Positions 25,169-37,300 of a stretch of 64,000 nt of DNA are shown in pieces. The position numbers and the translations under genes are program-made. The notes beneath the pieces were generated by a model that saw only the letters and a program-made list of their open reading frames with translations, was not told where the DNA came from and did not search any database. Origin of the DNA: Podarcis tiliguerta. Its lineage: Eukaryota. Where the stretch lies: the NCBI GenBank assembly GCA_965153285.1, contig OZ229115.1; one strand, written 5' to 3'. The number at the start of each line of letters is the position of its first letter. Position 1 is the stretch's first letter.

Positions 25169-27046
25169 AACATCCCCAACTCTGACATCCCTGCCCTGAC
25201 TTCCCAATTCCATTTGGAAATGGAGAGAACTCTGGGATGCAGGGCTGAAGGAGCATGTGGGGCCTCTTGCTCCGCTTTGCATCCAATAGTGGTGCAACCC
25301 TTTCCCATTTGCCCAGCAGGCACTCAGTGTGGTGAAAGAGCCAGCTCAGCCTGACCTCGCCTAATGAGGCCTCATTAGCAGCATCCAGCTGTTGGCTGCC
25401 CCTCCCTTTCAATTAGCTAGCACTAGAAGGGGGGGCTGCCTCACAGATGGGCTCAGACCCCACAGCGCTTGGGCAAGCAGCCGGGCGCCAAGAGGGAAAG
25501 GCAGCCAGGAAGGGCTTAAGTTTTTCTTACTCCTGCGGTGAAGGAGACTCCACCCGCTTCCGACCCCCCCCCCCACCGGCCACAAGCAGGCCCTCCCAAG
25601 CCCAGAGCGGGCTCAGCGCCTGTGCTTTCAGCCTGGCCCGGCTCCTTGGAGGCAGTAATACCTGGCACAGGATTACAGTCTTGCTGGAGTCTGCAGAGGC
25701 AGGCATCCTGGGCCCAAACAGATTTCATAACAACTCATTCACAGTGCTCACATACAGTATTCCTTGCTGAGCTATTTAAGTCTTGGCTTGGCACACACCC
25801 CTGGCCTTATAGGGACTTCTGCCTGCACCCACCTGTTGTAGGGCATCCCAAAAAGCCCAGCCAGTCACAGAGCTGAGAAGAAGTCAGAGCTGTAAAGAGA
25901 CAGCTTTGAGACATGTACGTGTGTGTGTTTCTGTGTGTCTGTGTGTAGCCAGGCTTAAATCTACTTCTTGGCATGACAGTGTAGGTCCTGCCCCACAGCC
26001 AGCTTAGCCCCCCGAGGTCAATGGCAAGTGTACACAGCCGCCTGCCCCTCTGCAGGGGCCTGTATATAGCACCACAGTCTGCTTAGGACACAGCTATCTA
26101 GCACTGGGCCTGGACTGGTGTCGAAGGCTTGATTGTGAGAGCCAAGGTTCCTCTTTCTCCGTGTCACCCTTGGATGTGTGTGTGTGTGTGTGTGTTCTGT
26201 AGCCATGCCTTGGCCAGGTAGTTCTGCCACTCAGAGAATACCAAGAACTATGAGGTCCCAGGCGGAAGATCAGTGCTGGGGCAGCCCTATGAAGCCTGCC
26301 TGTTTGGGGGTGGGGCCACTCTCGGCAAGGCTGCCCCTGAAAGGGGCACAACACCAAAGGGGGCAACAGCATAGGAGAGTTATCCCTTTGGTGGCAGCAC
26401 TGTGGGGGTGGAACGAGGGTGTGAGCCAGCCCCCTTGTGTTAAAGTTATTGTTTTCACGGGGATTTGGTTTTAACTTGGATGGGTGCTGTTTTATTGGGA
26501 GGGTGGGGTTGTTTTAAATTGTTTTTAAATGTTATATGTTAATTTGGATTTTTCTATTTGTATTTGTGGGTGGACTGGAGCATTGTTTAGGGGCATTTGT
26601 TGGGGAGTGCATTGTTTATTGGTGTCTATGTCTATGTATCACACTTGTTTATTGTTTTGATTATTTTTATTATGTATTTTGTGCTTTGATTATTTTTCTT
26701 ACAAATTTTTTGCTTTGTATATTGTAACTTTGTTTTGTGAACTTCCCTGAGACCTACAGGCATATTGCTGGAAACATGGGTTCATGACATAAATTTGCAT
26801 TCAATCTCCATATGCTAACTTAAATGTATAGATATTTATGGGAAACTAAGGTAGCGGGTGACTAAGGTAGTGGGTTCACCGGTAGTGAACTCTGCAAATG
26901 TGCCCAGCTGTCCTATATGCAAACTTGTTTTTAAAAAGCCCCCGCCCCTGCCAAAAGAGGCAAAGGAGTAGGCGATCCAGAGCCTATTGCAAAAAACCTG
27001 GGGTTCAGCAATACCCCTTGCCTGCAGGTTCTCCTTCCAGTAGAGA

Positions 27047-27210
27047 AGGGCTATAGCACAGTGGCATGCTGACAGTCCCAGGTTCAATTCCTGGCCTCTC
27101 CAGGCAAGGCAGAGAAAGATCTCTATCTGAAACCCTAAAGAACCTCTGCCAATCCTTGTTGACCATACTGAACTAGATGGACTGACCTGGTGTAAAACAC
27201 TTTCCTATAT
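27047..27210 (+). mobile_element. Squam3-like tRNA-derived SINE
   Basis: Head ggctatagc...ggttcaattcctggc; body ctgaaaccct...actgaactagatgga; a related 3' fragment lies at ~6107-6185. Confidence 0.7.
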
Positions 27211-28581
27211 GTGAGTCTGGGTTTTGCTCAGAGTAGACACTGAGTAAAACTAGCTATCACTCATTGCCTTAAACCATTCCATTCCTGAGACCTTCTGACT
27301 TTGTATCACAGTGGTATTAGGGCGCAGGAAGGCAGGGTGCAATCCACTCTGCGAATGTGCAGTGCTGCTAAATATATCCTAATCCCATGTTTTAACAATG
27401 CCTCATCTTAGGTCAGTTCCGGCTCTTTGGGTGGATGAACCAGATATGCTTAGATTACCTTTCTGAACCTTTATCCCACTATCTTGAGATGCAAAGGTTC
27501 CCAAAATTGATTGAGGTAGGGAAAAGAGCAACAACTTATCCAAGTGGAAAGGGAAGCCTATCCAATAGTGCAGACCTCACCAGCCTGGTGCCTTCCAGAT
27601 GTTTTGGACTACAAATCCCATTGGCTGGAGGGCACCAGATTGGCGAAGCTGCTTTAGGGACATGTGATCCCACAGAGCCATCCCAGGTTGCCTTTCCTCC
27701 AACACATGCCACATCCTGCTGCTGCTCTCCCTTCCTCTTGATGTCATCAAAGCCATCTCCATGGTAACCATTTATGAAGTCACCATGCACTGAGCTGACC
27801 ATCTGGTGACAACAATGAGCAGCAGAAAAGAGGGGAAGTTAAGATGGCACAACAAATGTCTTCTATTTTCTCCAACTTGGGCTCCTCATAGGGGCACCAA
27901 GAACTTGATTCTCAGTCTCCCCTTTTGGACTCAGTCTGACCTGCCTTGTTCTTTAGGGACGCTCTTGTTGTCTTTACTGCTTTTGATAGAATGCTAAGCC
28001 TCACCACCTCCCCTACTATGGCTTCGAGCACCCCAGCTGTTTCCTGATCATCAACTGTCCAGGGAGCCCAATGAGGCGTGAATGAGACAGCAGAACATGG
28101 CAGGGAAGTGCAGAGAAGGGGGGAGAGGAGACCAGATGGGGTCTGGGGGGCTGCCATTGCTACACATGGACAAGGCATGGTCCAGTGATAAGCTGCCACG
28201 CGTGGGGGCAGTCGGCATGCAATACTAGCTTAGAACCAGTAAGTCCCACTCTGCAAAACCTACTTGCCACCACAGCTGCAAAAGGCAAATTGAGGGTCAT
28301 GCCAGCAACAGAGTCTAATTCAGCCAGAAGGTGGAGCTAGACACAGGGTAGGCAGGATAGGAATCCTATGTCAGATATAAAAGCAAAGGGCAAAGGAGAC
28401 ACATTCATTCTTGTTAGTTACATTCATTCTCATGCAAAGAAGGAAAAATACAGTTGGCAGAATGAAAATGCTTTCCGTGCAGATACAAATGTCTTACATT
28501 TCAGGAAATCAGACACCAAAGTGCAGGGTGAAACTGTGCTCTTGGGGATGGCTTATTTTTAATGGGAGATACTTATTGACC

Positions 28582-28662
28582 GAAGACAGGAGTGCCTGGT
28601 GTGCTTTGGTCCATGGGGTCATGAAGAGTTGGACATGACTAAACGACTAAACAACAACAACA
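28582..28662 (+). mobile_element. 5'-truncated BovB/RTE LINE 3' end
   Basis: gacaggagtgcctgg..gtccatggggtc..aagagttggacatgact plus (AAC)n tail; perfect 11-bp TSD ACTTATTGACC. Confidence 0.85.
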
Positions 28663-29729
28663 ACTTATTGACCAGCACACAGAAGGAACATGCTCAAACA
28701 TCTCAAACTAGAACAACCGTGTTCTGCAAGGGCTACATAAATCCTGGATGGGTCAGTCTCAGGAAACCCAGCCTGGCTAAAAAATCTTGAGCTGAACGCA
28801 AGCTTAGTCATTCTTCTAAATTGGAAATATGTACAAAGACTTTATTCTACCTTAAACCATTTACAACAACAAACTTAAAGCAAGAAAGAGAGCGTCTTTC
28901 CATTTAAAACCACCACACAAATATTTGTGCCATATCACAGAAGAGCCTTACACTGGGTTTGGGGTTCCATCTTTGAGTCCCCTTTGCTGTCACTTCTCAT
29001 CTTTCCCTTGGAAATAAATCCAGCACAGGAATCATGGTGTACAAGTCCATGTCACCTACTATCACTGCTTAGGACAATGGTGTCCTTTGCTAGTCTCTGT
29101 GGTCCAATAATCTCCTTAAAGTCGCATCATGTACTGTGCCAATCTACATCGCAATAACTGTGTTACAGGGCCACATACCTGTCTCTGGACATCTTTGGGG
29201 TGTTGGTGGGTGTTGCAGTGACCTACTACAGGTTCAACGGGGTGTGCTCAGGTGTATTATCTGCCGATGAACATGTATAAAGACTAAATGAATGTACACT
29301 GAAACTCTCCACAAAAGATTCTTTTAGTTTCAGACTTAGCTCAATTGTTTAGAACGATTCCCCTGTGTACACACACACACACATATGGCTTGCAGCTTTT
29401 GGTTTCCATGCATTCACAACAGCACACCCACCCACTTCATACCAAGGGATTTGCACATCTCTTCTCCTGATCCCCACTGGTATATCACCTTGAAGCAGGT
29501 CAGAGTTTCTGGCATGCCCTTCTTACTCCCAGTTTCTCAGTTGTGTCCACAACAAGGATACATACACCCTGCAGGAACCCAGGAAGAGTGGGAGCAAGCT
29601 TTGAAAGTGTTTTAAATTCCTAGGCATGTATTTATTCTCAGGCTCAGCATATGAAGGATGAAAACAGGCCCTGACCAAAGGTTCCTACGGACAAGTAGAT
29701 TTCCAGATCAGAACAGGAAAGGAATAAAT

Positions 29730-30740
29730 CTGGCCACAGCCTTAGTTGCATCTATACTGGATAAATGTAATGCATACACAGAGCTATCTGGAAACATCTG
29801 CTGGTAGTTCAAAATGCAGGAGCTAGACTTAACAGGTGCTGGTTTATTCGGGACATGCAACTACTGTTTTGTACAAAGTACACTGGGTACTAGTTTGCTT
29901 CCAGGCACAATCCAAAGGGCTGATTATTGCCTTTAAAGCCATTGATGGTTTGGAGCTTACACAGCAATCCAAACCCCTCTTGGGCCTGGCCATGGCGGGG
30001 TTGGATAGAGTGGAGCTACCTTTTGACTCAGCACTGATGCCTGAGCTTGCCTTCCACTGGAGTAACTGCCCACTGGCAGTGTCTGCACCAGCAGTGGCTA
30101 GTTGAAATCCCCAGAACCTGGGTGTTCCAAGAGTAGGGAGGAAGTGGAGCTGCGCTGGCCCAGAATCTGCTGGATCTTGAGCTGGTCTTGCTGCCACCAC
30201 CTGATGGCATCAGGCTCAATCCTCCTCCATGCCCCCCCATCCATATGTGTGCTGCCACCACTGTGAGCAGCTGGGCTGCGGATGCCACTGTGGCTCTGCA
30301 AAGCCCTGCCAGAGGGGTGGGGATTTGGGCTGCACTCATAGATACCTAAAGGACTGCCTCTGCCCATAAGAACCCACCCAGCTTCTATGTTCAGTGGGAG
30401 ATCCTGTTCCTCGTGGCCTCTCATCTTCAGAAGTACAGCAGGTGGAAACAAAAGAAAGGGCCTTTTCTGCCATGGCAACCACAATGTGGATTGCTGTTCC
30501 CTAGGATAATTCACTCACGCTCTTTTTATTTTCCACTCTTTTAGACACTTTTCTTGTTCTAGGAAGCCTTCACCATGCTTATTATGAGATTTTGTTTTGC
30601 TTCCCCCACCCCACCCCAGAAATTGTTTCTGTAATTTTATACATTTTTAAAATATATATCTTTTATATTTTTAATACATTAGCCATCACGTGTTTCATGA
30701 AAAGGTAAAGATGGGTATGAATCTTAAAACAAATAAAATA
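29730..30740 (+). mobile_element. Degenerate L2-type LINE 3' fragment with a secondary insertion (~29960-30340)
   Basis: Translation VHWVLVCFQAQSKGLIIAFKAIDGL resembles the L2 ORF2 C-terminal LHWLP...FK..GL motif; AT-rich tail; boundaries approximate. Confidence 0.6.
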
Positions 30741-33700
30741 AGAATTGGTCACACAACTGAGTAAAAGAATCTAAACAGATGGGCATATAACTTCAGTTGA
30801 CATTTTGCTGCGGCCAAGCTTCCAATGAATTACTCAGAATGCAGGTGAATGCTGTGAACTGAAAATCTGGCCATAACTTCACCCATCCTCTTAAAAAGGG
30901 ACAGTAAAGGCTCCTACCATTTCTGTTGCACAGTGTGAATGGGGGAGCGGTGGTAATAACTTCCGAGACAATATATTCCATTACAGACAGATGGGGTATG
31001 GGTACATTCCTCACTGTGTATGTGTGGGGCCATAATTTCACCTATAACACTGAGAGGGACAGTAGAGGGGCATGCCATTTCTATTATAAAATAAGCTCGT
31101 CGCCTCATCCCTCACCCTCTACCTCCCAGGAAGCAGCAACAATGCAACTGAGGTGAGGTGAGGCCCCCCCCCCCCCCCGGTCATGCATATATCTCATTCT
31201 CTAACAACACATTCAGTCAGTGTTACCACTTCGTAGATGTGAAACCAACTGAAATAAGTGAATAAACTTATGCAACAGCTTTTCTGAATGTACGGGAACT
31301 CCCACAACAGCAGCTGACAGCAGGTCTTGGGACACTTCCTTTCAACAAAAAGAAGAGTTTCCCATTTCTCATGTAGCTTTAGTAAAGCAGCCAGCAATGC
31401 TCTGCAAGATCAAAACTTAAAACCCAAACATACTCCCAACCTGTGAATCGTAGCCTTCCTGAAATACTGTGAAAGTCAGACCAGAAGATGCTCAAACATT
31501 CAACCCACGCCCAACACAGCAACATAGAATTCAATGGTAAGCAGCAAATACAAATCGGTCAACAAGTTTGGCTGCTATGGAACCTTTTGTCTGTGTAACC
31601 TCTTGTGGACAAAGGATTAGAAGATTAGAAACCTTTGTTCAATTTCAGTTCAGTGATATTTCATTGCCGTCACAATATACAAAACTTTTGGCAAAGGGTA
31701 GTAGAAGGACTTGCTCTCTGAAGTGTTCATCAGAAAGTACAAGTTACAGAGCAATCCTATGCATATTTACTCAGAAGTAAGTTCTACTTAGTTCAGTGGG
31801 GCTTAGTCCTTGGGAGGTATAGGATGTCAACCTTAATGTACAATTAACTTACAGAAACCATTTTCACAAGATATGATTGTGGCTACAACTGTAGATGTTT
31901 TTACAAAACCAAAATCAAGAGCTGGAAAAATTCATTGGGAATAGGAGCTATACAGTGCCTTTTAGAAGAATAACTAAAAATAGAGGCCCCCAAGTTTAGA
32001 GGCAGCAAGCTTCCAATTATCAGATGCTGGGGGCATAGAACAGGGGATGGCTATAGTTGCCTATGGCTGTTTTATGTAAACTGTACTTAACCACTGGTTC
32101 TTTATTGGAAAACTCCCACTAAGAAATAGCCCTATTAAAGCAATAATCCAAAGAAGTACAGTACGTTTGTATATTTAGTTAGTTTTAGAAGATTTAGTCC
32201 TATTGATTTAAATGGGTCTACTCTAAACAGAACTGAGCCTGGATCCAGTCCTATATACTGTTGACAACATATGGAGCATCTTAGGAAGATTAAATATGCT
32301 GATTGAAAATTGTATATATGGAGATTAGATAATGCACATATGTGCAACTATATTCAGTCAAGCTTCTTAAAAGGTGAGTCAGAAGTGAGCATAGCCCAAA
32401 GGTGAAACCTTTTATGAGACCAACTTTTGTGCGGTAAAGAAACATGCAACCACTGGAAATAATACAACGCTCTTCTCAGGCAGATGAAGGTTTTAGCATG
32501 ATTTGAAGGGCAGCTTGCTAAACCAATAGAAACAGATCTAATTACCTTATTTATTTTTACATGTTTTAACTTCTCTGGGAGAAACCTGGCAGTGGAAGTT
32601 TATGCCAAAAGAAGCCAAAACATATTCCACTCATATATCAGACCATTGGAAACGGTGATCAGCTTAAAGTTGTTCAATACGCCCAGCATGCTTTCTCCCC
32701 TTAATCCCAAAGAATTATTTTGCTTTAATCAGGAAGGAAAGTTTCACTTCTTTTCTGTTCCAGGTCTCCCATGTGAGGAAAAGTGTGAAAGTAGTATCTT
32801 CAAGCTCCCAGTGTTCATACAACTTCAAAATCTGAAGTTCAAAGAAGAAGAATGTGTGCGTTCAATGCTGGGGTGTGTGTTCTATCCTGGGGGATGGAGA
32901 GATCAACATTAATGGAAACTACTATTCCAGTGCAGTCCATTTATTATCCAAATCAATGTAACTGCAGGGATAGGAGGATATGTATATGCTTATAAAAAGC
33001 ATGCCAAAGGAAGGAGAGGCACCAAGGATGCTGGCTTTCTGCACTTAAATACACCTTGAGCATGTAACATCAGAAAACACAGGCATCCCCTCTCCCATTT
33101 CCCCTAAAAGGAAGATGTCTATGACAAAGGTGTCTCTCACTAAATGTAAATGAACTGTGAAAAAGACTACAAATTGAAATTGGAGACAATAGCTGTACCT
33201 GCCCCTCTTTGTCTGTTTGTTTTGTAACACAAAAAACTTTTAAAAAAAAAACCTAATTGGAAATTAAGAAAGAAAGAAAAAACTCAGGCATAGTGGTGCT
33301 GGAACACCTGGTTCTTCAGCACTGGCAAATACGGTACTCCATTCTCTACCATCACCAACAAACAGAGGTGAGCAGGAACTGAGACGAGAGCATGGTTAGA
33401 ATCAATAATTGTACACTAAAATTCCCACATTCTGCAAGCAACATGCCACAGTTTCTCAATTAAAATAAAGTTTGCATAAACCTATGTGAACAGTGTCCAT
33501 ACTTGGCTGGAAAAATATTTTTTAAGGTTTTTGCAAAACTTGGATTTTTATCTTAAATTAGTTATGGTAAAGAAGTGTTGGGATTCAGAAAAAAGTGAAG
33601 AGGAAGAGAGAATATATGCAGGGGTTTGGTGTTGGGTGTAGCTGTAAGGAGTATGATAAGTTAGGCTTATTATTGTTTTGACCTTTGGAATCCTTAAACA

Positions 33701-34165
33701 CTAATGTTCTCATCTATATGTTCTGATTTCTGTGCTTTTTAAAATATGGACCATGTGTTTTCAATTTTTTCTCTGCAATCATGCAAGCTGAAAAGCCATT
33801 ACTGAAAAGTAACACCACCAGCATGGCAGCAGGTATCTATCAGATGAAAACCTGCCAGTAAGAAAGGAAAAAAATAAATTTTAACAAAGTTTCTAATATT
33901 TAAAAGTCAAGATGTATGGAAATCCCTGTATATTTCAAACCATAGAGTCTTTATTATTAGCAATTCAAATATGGTGGTCCTCTTCCCTGAACACCATTTT
34001 TTAAAAAATAACAGTGCAATCATGCTTACGCAAAAGTCAATCCAATTATGTTCAGTGGTGCTTATTTTCCAATAAGTGTGCTTAGGTCACGTTCTTAAGC
34101 AAGCTAGGATTCTTGGGATTTTAGCTATTATGTTCCATGTTAAATGTTTATTCTTTGTTCTATGG

Positions 34166-34301
34166 CAGGCATGGCCAAACTTGGCCCTCCAGATGTTTTG
34201 GGACTACAATTCCCATCATCCCTGACCATTGGTCCTGTTAGCTAGGGATGATGGGAGTTGTAGTCCCAAAACATCTGGAGGGCCAAGTTTGGCCATGCCT
34301 G
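34166..34301. mobile_element. Palindromic hAT-type MITE, 136 bp, nearly perfect hairpin
   Basis: About 58-bp arms with one mismatch; flanks share TCTATG (imperfect TSD). Confidence 0.88.
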
Positions 34302-37300
34302 TCTATGTTATGACAACAGCCAAGCATATTTGCAGAACCCCCAAGGACTAGAATGCTAGTGTGATGAAGGTACATTGGTGGGACAGTCTAGGCAATCTTA
34401 TGGCACATCACATATAATGCTTCAAGCAACTCTCTCTAAATTTCCACTCAGTTGATGCAGATCAGGGGAAAAGAGAGAGAGAGAGAACCCACAGATATTC
34501 TATCAAGCAGAGCACCCCTTAGAAGCCCATTCAAAAGAGTGGTGTAAGGCTTCAATATGTGTGTCAGGTCATGCTGGAGGGGTTGAGGGACTGGAGTGAC
34601 AGAAGCCTTTGCCTGAGCAGACAGACAACATGATGCAGTTGAGCCTCATCTACCTTCGATTACACTGTGAATATCAGCAACAGGGCTGGTGTGCCAGGTA
34701 CATATAACACCTCAGGATACAATAGGTGCATTTCAAAAGGATGGGACCGGGTCCTATCTAGCTGACTCATTCACAGGTGGCAGCTCTCGTCTCTGTCATG
34801 GGTGTGGGGGGAGAACATGGGGCAAGGAAGTGGGTAAGGAGGGAAAGAAAGAGGCCTGTGCCAGACACATACATCCTCAGGCGACTTTCTCAGGCCCCGT
34901 TGACAGCCCGGCCTCAATTCTCCAGGGCTGCTCAGGCAGAAAATCCTCACCAACCCCCCTCCTTCTGCTCCCCCCCTTATTATTCCAGCCAGAGGAGCTT
35001 CCGCAGCCTAGTAAAGGCTCAGCACCCACAGCGGGGGTGGTTTGGCCAGAGGCCGGGAGGCATGAGCCAGGCTTAAATCTCTTGAAACCCAGAAGTAAAA
35101 TTCCCTCATTAGGTTTGAACCCCGCAGCTAAGTGGAAGACAACCGCCCGGGTCATCACTGCAGTATACGCCACGGACGCCCCTGCCCTCTTTACCCGCCC
35201 TGTCTGCCTAAAAATCCCCCAGCAGATGCTGCAAGCCCCCGGGCAGCCAGGGAATCTGCCCAAGAGTCAGGAGGCGCTGGCAGGGGTTGCTGTGCAAACA
35301 AAGGCAATGGCAAATCCAAGGACAAAACATAATGTCCTTAAAACGAGCAAGTGAGAGAGTGTCTGGCACTGACTTCTGCTGGGGGGTTGGGAAATGCCAC
35401 CCCCTCAATGGGAGAAAACACACACACACACACACACCCATCAGGCAGTGTCAGGGCAGCAAATGGGATTTGTGAATGGATCCCCGTTCCAGTGAAAAAG
35501 GCAGATACCTCAAGAGCTCAGCATCCTCTCTCTCACTCTGCTTAGTACCCTCTCCAGGATTCACTGTGTCTCCTGACAGCTCCCTGGGAATCAGGGTTCC
35601 CAGCCGAATTAAAGGTACTGCAGTCCGCTACACACTATTGCAGATTCCAGTAACTAGCCATCCCCCTTTACTATCTGGGCCCCAATCCCACTGCAGGCAG
35701 CCTGGAGGGATATTGTAGCTGGCTGGAGCCCAGGTCTTGTCCATCCGGACTCAGGAAGCAGCAGGACAGAGCTGTTTTTCTCAGGTCCAAGTCCTGCCCA
35801 CATCCTGGTGTTTGCAAGCTGTACTATGATGGCCCCATTTGCAGAACTTGTGGAGGGGGAGCAGGATCCAAGTGATCTAAAAATGTCCTGCTGGCACATT
35901 TGCCCTCACCCCTGCATTGGACTCCCAAATTGTTGATACTGCCTTTCCCTGAGGCACTTGAAAGCATTTTCCAGCCTGCAGCAATCCCTCTGAGGGAGGA
36001 ATTCCACACAGCATCAGGATTCCCACCCCAAACCCCCTTGGATCAGAAAGAACCGAAACAAAATTCCCCAGAAGTTGGCTCCACAGCACAGCACTGAGAG
36101 CTAGAGTTAACACCTGACACATAACCGTTCCCTGTCTTACCATCTCTGCCTCTTTTCTGTAATTGCTGGGTGCTTCCACACAGCCTGCTCACTGAAAATT
36201 CATCCTGATGCTTGTAGGGCGATCAGACAACATTGGTTATTTAATGAGCGCTCATTCTGATTTATTTTCTTTGCATTTTCTCATATTTCCTTATCAGAAA
36301 AAGTCCAATCTTTCCAGGGAGTGTGGAAACGATAAGTCACAAAGCAATGGGTACTTTTTAAGTTTAGAAAGAAAGAAAGAAAGAGGCTACAATCCGATTC
36401 CTCATTTTTTCTTACACATTGTATAGAACTCTGGGTTTGAGGCAAGCACTGCTGCCATCCCCGGAAAGTAAAAACAAGGCCAGTCCAGGACTAAGAGTCA
36501 CATACTCAGAAGGGCTGGAGTCAGAGTGCCAGTACCAAGGAAATTTGAGGAGAAACATCCACACCAGTTTTGGGGAGCATTATATACACATATAGAACTA
36601 TGAACACACAGTTCTTCAATGGCTGAACAGACCTAGATGCTTCTCAGTGGCCTGTCTTCCTCCTCCTCCCTGTTTTAAAATGAATGGTTCCTTCTTTCAC
36701 CTAGTCCTAAAGCGTTTAGAAGTAGGAAATACACTGTCCCATTGACAGAAATATTATGTACCCACAGATTTCCTAGTAGCTGACTGAACTGGGCAGAGGC
36801 CAGATGGAGAAACCCCATTGCACCACAGATACCTGTAAACCTGGCTCTTGAAACACTGATCAATTCCACAAAATAGATGCTAGCACTATGGGTGAATGAC
36901 ATCGCTGGCCCATGCAATCATCTCACTTGTGGCTTTGTGCCCAGCTTGCTCCATCTCCCCAACCGGCTGAAAAACTGTAATTTTCCACAACGTCAGACTG
37001 ATCCACACAATGTCACTTTGGGTAAGAGGTAAATAGACCAAAGTTGGCACCTCTGGGCATACCTGGGCATTTGATCCGTCCAAACATCAGAACCCCAGGC
37101 ACTGCTGGCTGATGCTGGCAGCAAAGAGTGCCAGATGAATGGAAAGGACCATCCAAGGCTAATTACCACTAGCACTTCTGGATCTCACTGTGTGTCAACA
37201 ACACTTCCCAGTCTCTACTGCCTTTATGTTAATCCACAGCCAATATAGAGCAAAGGGATTGGGCAGCTGCATAGGTGGCATTTTGCAAAGATTCAGTCCA

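Noticed and set aside
34689-35354. 221-aa plus-strand ORF
   Set aside because: Antisense within an intron, GC-rich, non-ATG start, no homology recognised.
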